DNA from: the human T2T-CHM13v2.0 reference genome, Homo sapiens
Assembly: GCF_009914755.1 (NCBI RefSeq)
Contig: NC_060944.1
Direction: 5' to 3' (one strand)
Length of the DNA: 64,000 nucleotides
Shown here: in pieces, positions 14,774 to 30,938 of the stretch
How the letters are laid out: every line of letters starts with the position of its first letter
Numbering within the stretch: the first letter of the stretch is position 1
The notes under the pieces: model-generated
The model's input: only the letters and a program-made list of their open reading frames with translations
What the model was told of the DNA's origin: nothing
Databases searched by the model: none
Made by a program: the position numbers and the translations under genes

Positions 14774-14852
14774 TTAGGTTGGTGCAAAAGTAATTGCAGT
14801 TTTACCATTAAAGGTAATGGCAAAAACCGCAATTACTTTTGAACCAATCTGA
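14774..14852. mobile_element. MADE1 (Hsmar1-derived MITE), near full length
   Basis: ttaggttggtgcaaaagtaattgcagttttaccatta-aagg-taatggcaaaaaccgcaattacttttgaaccaatctga; long terminal inverted repeats flanked by TA at 14772-14773 and 14853-14854. Confidence 0.95.
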
Positions 14853-14869
14853 TAGAAAACCCTCTTATC

Positions 14870-15255
14870 TAGTGCTGTGCTGGTAATGTTTAACAAATGT
14901 CTCTAAGAGTGGAAAAGGCCTTGTGATTGGCTGAATATCATGATATAAATACTCCCACTGTGATGGATTTCAAATTAACAACTTGACTTCTTAGAACACA
15001 GAGCTGGGAAGTTTTCTCACCATGCAGGCACAATAACTGCAAAAAACCTCAAGAGTATAATAGTAGTAAATGTCATAAAATAGATGATAACTTGTGATTA
15101 TTTGTTACTTTTGTTTTTGTTATAATTTATTTTACTTCAAGTTTGTATAATTCCATTTCTAATAATGGCCATGTTTAACAGCTGGCTCACAGAATTCTGA
15201 AAAATTTAGGACTGGCTCCTGGGAGCTGGTATAAGCAGGCTCCAGATCACCACTG
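14870..15255 (-). mobile_element. MER63 (hAT-Blackjack)
   Basis: gtgctggtaatgtttaacaa start; aataatggccatgtttaacagctggctcacagaattctgaaaaattta ... ggctccagatcaccactg end. Confidence 0.75.
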
Positions 15256-16084
15256 CCCCCCTCTTTTTACTGAGGACATATAATTGGCCTTTACAATGAG
15301 TGGTCTAATTGTAACCCCTTTGTATGTACAGCAGGATTGGGGAGTACCCTTGAAGATTCATAGATTGTAGGAATCTGTCATTTGTGACCACTGTAGGACT
15401 GTCTAATTTTAGCAGACAGATCTGCCATCGAATGTGAGTAAATGTTTGCAAAAATTTAAATAATTAAATTGGCCCAGGAACAGAAATCTCTGCCTCTTAA
15501 GAGGGCTTCGCCTGGCCTGCTTGAGCCCGTCTGAGTGAACCACATGTGTGCTGGTAGGGAATGCAGGTGGAATAGGAATGACTTCTGGCTCGTCCAGAGC
15601 TCTTTGCTCTCCTATTAATACTACCGCTTTGAGAAAGCTAAAGAGGTTTGAGTGCATGACATTTTCTGTTTTTATTTAGGAAGTTCAGTTCTGAAAGATG
15701 GACTCCTTTGTCTTATACTTTATTGCACTTAAAAAAAACTTTCCTCAGTGCTTAAAAGTTGTTTGAGTTTTTTCTCTAACAACTGGGGACTCCTGAGAGG
15801 TGAGATCAAGTGTCTGTTGCAGTGATTTTTTTTTAAGCACCTGGTATGAAGTCTGGTCTGGAGAAAGTGCTCAATAAATGTGGGCTGAATAAAGGCTGAG
15901 ATGCTAGAGGCATGAACTGGTTCAGGATAGGGAGTAGACAACTTGTACCATGCTGTTGGTTTAGGTTACTGATAATTCTGGGTATGTTATGAAAACTGTT
16001 GAGTATCAAAGGAGATCCCTGAGTGCTTTTCTGCTGTTTTTCTCAGGTCCTTAGACCCCCTATGGGGCAGGAAAGGAGAGTGGC

Positions 16085-16300
16085 AGAATAAAGATAGTAT
16101 GAGCCTGTTAGCTAAGAGCTCTGCCACAAAGCCTAGATTTCTAGTTCCTAACTGCATGATTCTGGGCAAATCATGCCTCCAAGCCTCAGTTTCCACACCT
16201 CTAACATGGTAGTAATCACTCCTACTTCACAGAATTGGCAAAATTGGATGAGATGAAGCATGCAAAATGGTTGGCACTCAAAACATGAATGTTATTGACA
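16085..16300 (+). mobile_element. MIR SINE
   Basis: tgattctgggcaaatcatgcctccaagcctcagtttccacacctctaacatggtagtaat MIR core. Confidence 0.75.
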
Positions 16301-17631
16301 TAATGCACTTCCATTTCTTTGGTGTTGGGTAAAATGGAAGCAGCTTCCCTCACAGTTGCATTTCTAAGAGATAACAATATATGGATACAACCTGGACCCA
16401 GCAGAACCATAGCAAGAACAGTTATTTTACCCCTCCTGTGTACCAGGTGCTATTCTAGATGCCAGGAACAAAGAGGTTAGTAAGTCATGCTTACTGCCTT
16501 TAACCAATCCAGAGATCAGTGAGTGAATGGAATACATAGTCATTTATCATGATGCAGTGTCAAACAGGAATTTTTTCACGGGAAGAGGATTTGAAAAAAA
16601 GAAATTGACTAAGAAAAACATTTTGACTGTTAACTTTGAGCAAACTTGACCAAACATCTCCCAGACCTCTCTCTCACAACCTCTTTTGAGAGCTCTTGAC
16701 TTTCAAAATCGAATCCAGGTGCACCCCCCAAGATAAGTGGGCAGCCTCATGGCCTTTCTCTTACAGTCAAAGGTAAATGATGCAGCTGGATATTACAAAG
16801 CTTTCTACCTTGACTTGATGTCTATGCCTGTTAAAGCAAGCAGCCAGCGTCTGACATCTCAGGGTTGTTACAACTTTGATTATTTTTGGATGGAGGCACT
16901 GCTGTCCTTATTTCGGTGCCTCTCAATTATGCCTCGTGTCTCAACTGCTCCTGAACCTTCATTCCATAAAACAAAAGAGATTGCCTGCTGCGGTTTTCAT
17001 AGGTCTTTGTGGAGTCTCTTTAGATTTGGGCATTTTGAGGTCAATGCGGTGAGTGTTTTTTTCATGCGTTTGTACTTTTCTAGTTCCCTCCCCAACACTT
17101 ACCCTCACCCCTACCCAAGATAGTTTTTATAGTTTTATGAAATATGCATCATAACTTCTACAGAGAGGACAGGAGGAGTGCAAACATCCAAGAAGATACA
17201 ACTTTAAGAGAAATTAATTAATTTTTCCCCACTCTCCCTTGTGTGTCCTCAGTGCTCTGAACCCTTCTGAAACAAACGAGACCCATGTGAATTGCACATG
17301 AGGTAGGCAGTTACCTCCTCAGAACAGTTTGGGCGGTGCACAGCAGATAGAATTTTCATTTATGAACAAATTTGTCCAATTCCCAGGTCTTTCATATTCG
17401 TTTTTGAGGTTTTGGTACTTAAGTGTATCTTACTAACATGAATGTACCCTAGAAATGGTGCTACCCCCCAGCAGTTCTCCTCATTTCAGTCAGGAATTGT
17501 TAAGGGCAAGAATGAGAAAGATTTCAGGACTTGGAGGTGGGGGAAAGAGGAGCTATCAAAGAATAGCAAGGGCCTTGAAAGACAAACCCCAGCTACTACT
17601 GACACCAGGCTGGACAGCTGCATATCCTCCA

Positions 17632-17826
17632 AGCCAGCAGTCCTATACTATGGTCAGCCTAGCACCAGCATTGACACTACCTGGAAGCTTCATAGAACTG
17701 CAGAATCTCAGGCTGCTCAAGATTTGCAGAATCAGAATCTCTGGGGGCAGCTGGGGTCCAGAAATCTGTGTTTGAATGAGCCCCCAGGTGATCCTGATGC
17801 ACCCCAAAGTTTGAGAAGCACCACTA
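17632..17826 (+). mobile_element. MER5A MITE
   Basis: caccagcattgacactacctggaagctt ... cagaatcagaatctctgggg ... ccaggtgatcctgatgcaccccaaagtttgagaagcaccact. Confidence 0.85.
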
Positions 17827-18522
17827 TAAGTCACTGATTCAGACCCAGTTTTCTTCAACTTTTCAGCATAAGTAGCAGGTGTATGGTTTTATAAAATATA
17901 GACTTCCTCTGGCATAAGAAGATTTTAATGTGTGTACCCTATTGTTCAAGATACTTACAATGTTTCGCTGCAAACTTACAATGGGAAATGTAATTTGTCT
18001 CTTACTGTGCTGCAATAGCCCCCTTCCTTGCAGTTCTTACAAAAGAGCAGCTTCAGAGACAAATCTTGTTAATGGTAATTATGTGATGCTGCAGAACATT
18101 TTTCATCATTCTTCTTGATCCAGAAAATATTGGCTGTGATTCAAAAAGATTTGTGTAGGCTCTCAAACCCCTCATAGATTTCCTTATAGAACTGATCACC
18201 TGTTTGAGTAGGAATATAGATGTAAAGAAAAAAAATATACATATATGGTAGGCTAAAAAGAGGGCCAGCAATTGAATGTCTGAGAATTCCATTTGATTTT
18301 TTGCTGATAACAGGAGAAGTTCCCCACCCCCTTTTCTTGGGTAATATTCTATTTGTTGTGTTTTAGAACTCAGTAAAGCAAATTGCACTTTTGAAAAATC
18401 CCTCCAGTAGTAGAATTGGGCACAGGGCAATTCCAAGTGACTGGAGTGCACCTCAGAACATGGGAGAACCCTTGCTTGTCCTTGTGACTCACTGGCCATA
18501 GGACCTTGGATAAGTCAACCAC

Positions 18523-21103
<2,581 letters not shown>

Positions 21104-21979
21104 ACCACTTGCTGAGCCTTGGTGTCCTTTTCTATAAAGTAGGATTGTAGTCCCCTCCTATTTTAAGCATTTTTGTGGTGATAAAAAGAAAATGTATATA
21201 AGAGTCATTGCAATAATGATAAACAGGTATGAAGCATACCAGAAGGAAGGTAGCCTAGGACCACATATCAAAATTCATCCTTGTACCCCAACCCCTCTCC
21301 TTCCTCTCTGCAGAAACAAAATAGTCTGAGAATTGGAAGGGAACATCTGAGATACACACGCTCCTGATCTTTCCAGGGATGGAGAGCCCTGGCACCTTGG
21401 TAGAAGCAGCTGGCTTTTTCTAGAGATCCAGATTGAAGTCTACAGATTTTGCAGCTACTTAGGGGAGGCTCATCCGGGAGAGGCCTTGGAGAGGAAATGC
21501 ACCCCCCTACTCAGGGCATGTGATCTGTGGAGAGGCTCTCTGACCCTGTGACCCCAGTAAGCCTAGAGAGGAAGCCCCAGTGGCCTGGGCTGCTGCTAGA
21601 CCTTATATGGGGAAAGGATTAGCACTTCTACCTGGAGAGGCAAGCATTTGACTTCTCATGAACAAACAATTTAGCCAAAAGGACTAGAGTTCTGTAATGC
21701 TTTACCTGGCCAAGAGATCATCTATCAGTGCCAGCAATAGGCAAGTCTTTTCACAGTGGCCAGGTCTCAGAGTAGTAGAGGAATAACTAGAAAACAAAAC
21801 TTCATGAGTTTTGAGGAAAACATTCAAGGACGCAGTTCAAGGACACAGTCTATCAAATAATAATAATAGATTCACAACATGGAGCTCAAGATAGGGGAAT
21901 GTGCAAAGTACAGAAAGGTGGGATCAGCAATGGCCCCTGCTGTTACATGTTTATAGTTACAAGGAAAAGAAAAGCAACA

Positions 21980-24900
21980 CAATGCAACAGAGAGCACACA
22001 AAATATTTTGGACAAATAAACTTTATATCAGTTATTAAAATAAATATAAATCAGTCAAATTCTATCAGAGTAGAAAGATTATCAGTGTATAAAGCAAAAA
22101 TAATCAACTTCATGCTATTTAGAATTATGATACATAAAACACTGATGATAAAATATGGATAATAATTTATCAAAGATACACTAGGAAATCAGGGTAAAAA
22201 TGAAGCTAAGGTGAGAATATTAATGGCAAACAAAACAAAATACAACAATAAAATATCAAACTGAGAGAAGAAATAATAGTAAGCATTTTATTCAAAAGTT
22301 GCAAAAATTTATGTATCACCATGTCTGCCAAAACAAACTAGAAATACAAGAAAACTTTGACAATGCGCAATTATAATGTAACCGTTGATAAATAGCTTTT
22401 TGAATTCTAAATATCAAATAAGCAAAAAGTAAGAAACAATATACTAAAGAATATAATCAACAAACTCAACTTAGTAGAAACATGTTAGGATATGGACATT
22501 GTGAGTAGTGAATATAGACCTTTCTTTTTGTAAACTAGAGACAGAAAATGTACATTCTTCCCTATTTTGACGGAGAATCTACTAGTATTGATCATGTATG
22601 TAGCCACAAAGAAAGTCTTAATAAAATAATCCAAAATAAAGATTTTATAAAACACATTCTCTATTAAGCTAGAAATAAGCAATTAAAAGGTCAGAAATAA
22701 TAACTACATGGAAGTTAAAAATATTCTTCTAAATAATTACTAGATCAATAAAGAAATTAAAGTAAAATTACATACTATTTAAGGTATTTGGAAAATAGTG
22801 GAAAAAAAACATTTTGTACAAAAACCTGTGGGATGTAATTACAGCTATATTATGCAAAAATATATCTTTATTGCTTTTGTAATTTAAAAATAACTATAAG
22901 TAGGTGAACTTCAAATTAAGAAATCAGAAAAACAATGGGAACCAATATAAATGAGAAAAGATGTAAATTATCAAAAAAATAGAAATAGAAAAAATAATAG
23001 AAAACAGAAAAAAGAGTTTCATTGAAAGGACAAAGTAGATTGGCAAGTATTGATTTTTTTAAAAAAGCAAAAATGTAGAATATAAGACATCAGAAGGCAG
23101 AGAAACCATAGATCTATGAGAGATTTAAAAATTATTGGAGAGTATTATATATAAATACATGGCAATAAATTTTATTATCTGAAAAAGTATAATCAAATAA
23201 AATTGACCCAGCACGATTGAAAACATTCGATTAGGTCAATAACCAGTAAATTGCTGGTAAAATAATTAAATAACTTTCATTTAAAAATATCACTAGGCCC
23301 AGTGAGTTTTATAGTCAAATTTGGCCTAAGTTTTAAAAGCTAAAAAAACTTCTCTGCAATTTGAGTGATTAAGGACTGCAGAAAAATGATGGATAGTGTT
23401 CTTGTTCATTTTATCAAACTTACATAAGCTTAATGGCAAAACCTGTTAAGGTTCATATATAAAATAAATCTGTGAATCAAGTTACTTGTGAATACAGATG
23501 GAGATTTTAAAAAATAAAGCGTTAGCAAAGAAATTTCAGCTGAATAGTAGGAGAATAAGATTGTCACACCCGAATGGTACTTATTCGAAGAATTCAAAGA
23601 GATTTCAAATTTTGAAATATATTACGTGGCTCCATATTTCAACAAATTAGAGGGAAAACCATATAATTATACCACTAGCTAGTGAAGGGTTACTTTATAA
23701 AATTCATCATCTAGTCTTAAAAAAAAAAATTTAAGTAAAATTTGAATAGAAGGGAAGTAGCCATGATAAAGATTATTTACTTAACAGAAAACATGAGAAT
23801 GGATGGTAAAATCCTGAAATCAATTTTGTTACAATATGGAAAAATTAGAGATGACTTTTATTACTATGGAAATTGAACAGTGTTTGACAAGTGCTAATTG
23901 ATGCAATGAAAATAGTAAATAAAATAATCAGCATAAATACAGCAAAGGAAGAGATTCAGTTATTGTATTCTTACAAAATTAAACAGACTCCACTAAAGCA
24001 ACTATAAGCAACTATTAAAATAATTAGGAGAACATAGAGATTGGGGGTGAGAGGGACTGGATAAATACATAAAATCGACAGCCTCTTTCTATAACAGAAT
24101 AACCAAGTTAGAAATGGGAAGAAATTATTTGTACTAGTAACAAAATAATAAAATACTTATATCCTTCTCATTTTTTTTAGTTATATGTCAGAAATGAAGA
24201 AAATTATAAAATCTTACTCAAGTATATCAAACAAGGGATTTTGAAAAATACCTTATTTTTGGATGGGAGGACTAATATCATAAAAATACCAATTTATCCC
24301 AATTTAATATATAAATATAATGCAATCTTAATCTGAATTGGACTTGGTCAAAATAATTAATAATTCCATTGAAAGACTAAATAAAATTCAAGATTTTGAA
24401 AAAGGAATGACTAGACATGTGATTTAACATTTATTAAAAATGTAAAAAGCTCTTATATTAGTTTTCTATTATTCCTGTAGTAAATTACTACAAACTTGGC
24501 TTAAAACAACAGAGATTTATTATCTCACAGTTCTGGAGAAGTTTGAAATCAAGGAATCCTCAAGGTTATGCTTGTGCTGGAGGCTCTAGGAGGTCTTTCG
24601 TTCCCTGCCTCTTCCAGCCTCTGTTGGCTTCTAGTACTCCCTTACTTGTGGCTACATCACTCTGGTCTCTGCCTCTGTGATTTTCTGTCTTTGTAATTTC
24701 CCTCTGTCTTCTCTTATAAGCACATATTTTGTGATGGCATTTAAGGCCTATGCCAATAATCCGGGATAATCTTCTCATCTCAAAATCCTCAAAATCACAT
24801 TTACAGAAGCTTTTTATAAATTTAAATAAGGTAACATTTACAGGTTCCTGTGATTAAGGTGTGGATATCTTTTGGAGTGGGGGAGGTGGCATTTCTCAGC

Positions 24901-25215
24901 CTACTACAGCCACTGCAATCAAAACATTTCACTATTAGAGCAGACAAAGAGGTCAATGGATAGAATAGTCCAGACATAGAACCAAGTACAAATGGGAACC
25001 AGAAATGTGGCAAAGGTGGGATTTCAGTTCACTGGAAAAAAAGATGCTTTATTTGGTAACTTATCTATAGAAGAGAAAATAAAACTAGATACCTATCTTA
25101 TTACCATATAAAAAATAAACCCCTGGTTCATCAAATGTGCAAATGCAGAAGAAGAAAAATTAGCAGAAATTCTAGGATAATATCTGCAGAAGTTTGGCCA
25201 GTAAGGGACAGACAT
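21980..25215 (+). mobile_element. Old L1M ORF2 remnant, heavily degraded, interrupted by MLT1
   Basis: Very A-rich + strand with L1 ORF2 landmarks (atatcagttattaaaataaatataaat, aaaacctgtgggatgtaatt, ctaggcccagtgagttttatag, tggatgggaggactaatatcataaaaat, tggatagaatagtccaga). Confidence 0.8.
24455..24908 (-). mobile_element. MLT1B/C solo LTR inserted in L1
   Basis: tatattagttttctatt ... ggcttaaaacaacagagatttattatctcacagttctggag ... ttctcagcctactaca. Confidence 0.85.
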
Positions 25216-25225
25216 ATATGACTGT

Positions 25226-25450
25226 ACTGACAGTCCCCAACTTAGAATGGTTTGAGTTACGATTTTTCAACTTTACAATGGTCCAAAAGCAATATGCAGT
25301 CAGCATGCTACTCCACCTACAATGGGGCTATGTCTGGATAAAGCTGTTATAAATTGAAAATATTATAAGCTAAAAATGAACTTTTAATATTTTCAATTTA
25401 TGATGGCTTTATCAGGACATAACCCCACAGTAAGCCAAGGTGCATCTGTA
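25226..25450. mobile_element. MER6-like TcMar-Tigger MITE
   Basis: gtccccaacttagaatggtttgagttacgatttttcaactttacaatgg ... taaccccacagtaagccaaggtgcatctgta. Confidence 0.7.
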
Positions 25451-25798
25451 TAAAAATATAAAAATAAAAGACTAACATGTCATAAACATCTTTCCAAAGA
25501 TCAAGATTCTAAAGTTAGACAATAATTTTCATATTTTTCTTCATACATCTTCTATTTTTTGTGTTACAATGAACATTACTATATATGCAATAATTAAAAT
25601 GAATAACATTTAAAGGAGAAAAATATTATATATGATTTGGGCCCACATAGGTTTGCATCTTGGCTACATTCCTTACTTAGTACTTCTGAAACTTACTTTC
25701 TCCATCTGTGAAAGGAGGACAGGTTGAGGTATTCCATGTTTAGAAGTGTTACAGTGAGGAATTGTAAGTATAGCAAACTGTAGAGAAACAAGGAGTGA

Positions 25799-26111
<313 letters not shown>

Positions 26112-27534
26112 AGAAGATGAGTATCTTTTAGTTGATTTGAAAAGTAATTTACATAATCAGTAAGAAACCTGAGAACGTGTATATTGACATTAAGAAATAA
26201 TGGGGAGACTGGGAATTACGGTTAGAACTAAAGCCCCATCTCTACCCCAAACACTGTTTGCTCCCACCACTAGTGGTTGGGGCTCAAAAGTATGTATGTT
26301 TCCAACTGGCATGGTGATGAGAACACACTTTCTTTCAAAATGACTACTTGCAACTTTATTGTCTTAACTTTCATTTCCTGGTAAAGTCTTGAAAGTCTTG
26401 AACATTTTTTCCTTTTCATTTTATGTTCCCAGGTTCTGAATTTATTTTGCTGAAAGAGAGAGATACTTTCTGAATTTTACCAGCAAGGCTATTACAGGAA
26501 TTCCTTAAAGAGTTTAGCTAAGGGGACTTTGAATTACAAAAAGCACAATTTCCCAAACCAGTATCCATCAGTTAGGACACATTCAAGCCCTAGGAGATTA
26601 TTACAGCCGTTTTTTTTTTTTGTTTGTTTTTGTTTTTTTTTTAACAATTACCATCACTGACCTGAATAATAAATTAGCATTACTCTTAGAGACTAGAATT
26701 AAAGAGCTGAAAAATTCTTTCTTTCCTTCCCTTCATTTCAGAGGGAAAGAAACCAAGGCGGAGGAAAGATCAAGTTGACCTACCAATGTCACACTGCTTG
26801 CCAGCACCAGCATCTTTCACCTTTCAGTCCACCTTCCTTCCCACACAGATACACTGCCCAGTATAAATCCTGAAAAAAGGGTCTCCTCCAGACTGCCCCA
26901 AAGGGTCTATTGTCCCTATGTCTTGCAGACTTGAAAGGCTAGTTTTCTTCTTCGAAGGGATAGAAAGTGCCAGAACTTCATTGTCCACCTCCAACATGCC
27001 GCTGTGAATCTTTCCAGCCTGAATTCCACAGGCATCACAAAGTGTCCTTGACACTTCCAAATACGAGTGAAGGATCTCAGGAATCCATTAACTATGCTGA
27101 TGGATTAAATGGTCATGTATATCTGATAGGCTGACTAACAGAGGCAGGAATGGGAAAAGAAAAACCCTGACAGAGGTTTGCTATTAAAATTTTCTCTAAG
27201 AGGCATGGGGCAAACAACTGGCTTTAGGCTGGCATGCCATTCATCTGTTTCTAAGTAGGGTTAACACTATAGGGAGTTATTTTAAGTTTTTTGCTTGCAT
27301 AGTTGAGAGAAAAATAATTTCCCTTATCTTTCCAAACTTAATGTCAGACAACTTGACAATCCACCAACGCTCCGTAACTAGAATGTCAGTCCAGACTTCT
27401 CCCTTTTTGGCCTATCGAAGGAGCAGTGTATACTTCCTAGAAGCTGGTGGGGAAGTCTTATTTTTATATTTCCTGAATCACAGGGAGCTTTTATCAAGAT
27501 CTGTGCAGCTCTTTTTGGTCTAATAAAATCCTCT

Positions 27535-27930
27535 TGTGGCATCAAAGCTTGGGTTTCCCTAGAAACAGACCCTGAGTCTAGGATTGAGATGCAAATCAAT
27601 TATGTGCAATTGTGATTGCAAGAAGTACCTACAGGGAAGTAAGGTGCTGAGACCAGAAAGGGAAGGAGACCAACAGTGTGTTAATGACAGGCTACACCAG
27701 GGGGAGACAAGGCTCAATTCCATTGGGAACCTTTAGGGGGCAGTGTAGAACACACTTCAGAATTGTCCCTCGGAAGTGGTGAGAAGCTGGGGTATTTATT
27801 TATTAACTCTCATTCCTCCTTAGCCGAAGCCTGCTTCTTGAGGTATGAACTCACCAGCATTTCAGCCCTGTTTGGTGGGAGCAGAGAGAAAGCCCACAGA
27901 CAGGGAGTTGGCAGCTGCCTGCAGCAGGTC
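27535..27930 (-). mobile_element. ERVL LTR (LTR16/LTR33-like)
   Basis: ttgggtttccctagaaacagaccctgag is the reverse complement of the same LTR terminus seen near 1750. Confidence 0.55.
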
Positions 27931-29294
27931 ACCGTTACTGGGGCACCAATACCATTTGGTATAATGACCTTCTAGGAAGATAACTCACTTCCTAATTTTC
28001 AACAACCTTATTTCATAAATAGGTTAGGGCTTCTAACTTGACTTCACAAAAATAATTTAGGCATTTATACTTAAGCAGAGTGCAAATACTAAATTCATTA
28101 ATTGGTTAGCACTCTTTTTGTTTCTCATATTAAAGGAAATAATAGTTTTAATTAAGATTCTGTTTTTTGTTTTTGTTTCTATTTTGCTATTACCTGGAAA
28201 GATCGAGAGTGGCTGGGTCCTGACCAGGAAGTTAAAGAGCGACACAGTTTGCTCAATGATGACATTTAAGCCCATATCACCTCATCGGTGGGAAATGAGG
28301 CTTCCACAAACTTTAGCTTTTCAAACGTATGAGTCATTGGAGCTGACAAAAGAGAATACAAGTGAAAATGTTCAGTGCATTTGCATTGCGACTAAAAGTC
28401 ACCATAGTTATCCCAATTATGAAATCTGGCCAATGGGGAATGCCATGGTCCTTCCGGTATGTGTTTCTCTGGATTCTCTTCTATTCCCATCCTTCTCAGC
28501 ACTTATTACCTTTCCAGGGACTAGACTCAAGAATGCAGGTGTGAAAGCATTATAGCCAATCCTATTTTGCTTTGTGTGAGAATATTCTCTAGCATTGACA
28601 GTTTGACGGTCCTTGTTGTTTTTAAAATTGTGACAATTTTCTTCAAATCTGGACTTGCTCTGATATTAAGGCTGGCACCCCGATGTGTGTGCTGCATTGA
28701 CATCTGAGGCTTGTCTCATTGCCAGCAGGTCTCAAATTCTAGTTTTCTGTCTAAGATATAAGGGCAGAATGTTATTTATGGGCAATTACAAAGATCACCT
28801 TGCTCCATTTGATTTATTGGAGAGATTTCAATCAAGGCTTAGAGCTCATCCCAAGCAGACAACCATGCTGACAGTATTTAATGATTTATTGAATGCTGGC
28901 AACTCCAGCTCTTCCTCTTTTTCAGTTTTAAGTTGGTGGATTTGGGGGAGTGCTTCAGATGCACTCAAAGCTATGGTAATATTTGGTAGATTCTGAAGTA
29001 TGCTTGAAGCCCTTTTTTTTCTTTCCGTTAATTAGGTTTGTTGTATTTGCTAGTGTGCATAGATAGGAAGGGCTTGAAGTATCACCTGAGGGTCTTTAGC
29101 TCTTCCTGACTGTAGGATTGACTGCCAAGATGTTGTGATGCTACTTTAACTGGCGGAGACAGGGACACTCAGGAAAACAGAGTTAATGATGAACTTACTG
29201 TTTAATAACACAAAGTGAACTTATTTACATAGAGTGTATACAGACGCATATGGGTTATAGGATATATTTTCCAAATATGCCAATATTATGTTTT

Positions 29295-29815
29295 GTTAAA
29301 CATTTTTCATAAATGAGGTATAATTTACAGATTGAAATGCATGAATATTATGTACATGGATCAATGATTGTATATATCTTGATCAAGAGATCACCCCAGA
29401 AACTCCCTCCTGTTTCCAGCCAGCTCTCCTCATCTTTAGCCAATCACACTTATGTTTTCTATCACTATAGAACAGTTTTGCTCATTCTTGAATTTAACAT
29501 AAAGGAAGTCATGTAGAATGCACTTTTGTTTGGCATGTTTCACCCATTATCATGTTTTGTTTTTGAGATTCAACTGTGTACTTGCGTGTATCAAGGTTGT
29601 TTCTTCTTATTGCTGAACAGTATTCAGTTGTATGAATATACCACAATGTATTTCTCAAATCTCCTGTTCATGAATATTTGGATTGTTTCCAATTGTTGGT
29701 TAGTATGAATAAAGCTGCTATAAATAATCCTGTACAAGATATTTTGTGGGCATATGTTTTCATTTCTCACATAAAAACTAGTATCAAGATTGCTGGGTCA
29801 TAAGAAAGGCACGTG
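29295..29815 (-). mobile_element. L1ME/MB 3' fragment
   Basis: tgaggtataatttaca ... ttattgctgaacagtattcagttgtatgaatataccacaat ... atgaataaagctgctataaa ... gattgctgggtcata. Confidence 0.85.
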
Positions 29816-30534
29816 TAAATTCACGTTATTTCTGGCTTAGAAATGTATGCTTACGGTTACATGATTAAATGTAATGGATTTCTGCAGACCACTCCTAAAC
29901 TTTAGAGTGGACCACTCCTAAACTTTATCTATACATAGTGTCATAGACATTTCTATCTATATACAACATATTGTTCAGCAACTCAAAGTGTATGTTATTT
30001 GCTTTATTGGCATGTGAGAATGTAGTGTAAAGGCCATTTTGAGGAGAATATTCAGTCTATGATGTCTCTCAAATTCAATTACCATCTTGAACAAGAAAGG
30101 AGCCAGTGACATCAATTAATACTTATTGTGTTGTCTTGCATATTCAGGTCTTCCCTAAGAAGAGGCCCTTCTTGAAACCAGGTCCTGCATGAGCTAAAAC
30201 AGATGGCTGATGTAATCACCCACAAATAGTGTGTTGTAAAAGGGTGCAAACTAGATACCTTCTAAATGACCAAAGAAAATGCAAAGTCAGAAGTGATTTG
30301 CAAGAGCAACTAAGAATAGAGTCAGCGCTACATTATAGACAATGATGATAGGATTCCAAGAACTGTATAAATTACTCATTTATTTAAAATTTTTTGTCCT
30401 CTGTTTTTTCTGCAGTGATTTGTAAGAAGTTAAGTAAGTAAGTAAGCCTCCTAATGAAACGGTGGTGGCAATCTTTAGAGAAACCATATTTTATTCTGGG
30501 AGCTATGCAGAAAGGAAACTAGGCATGGAAATCA

Positions 30535-30938
<404 letters not shown>

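Noticed and set aside
27691-27709. CTCF-like motif cacCAGGGGGag
   Set aside because: Mismatches at several core positions and located in an old LTR; unsupported without ChIP data.
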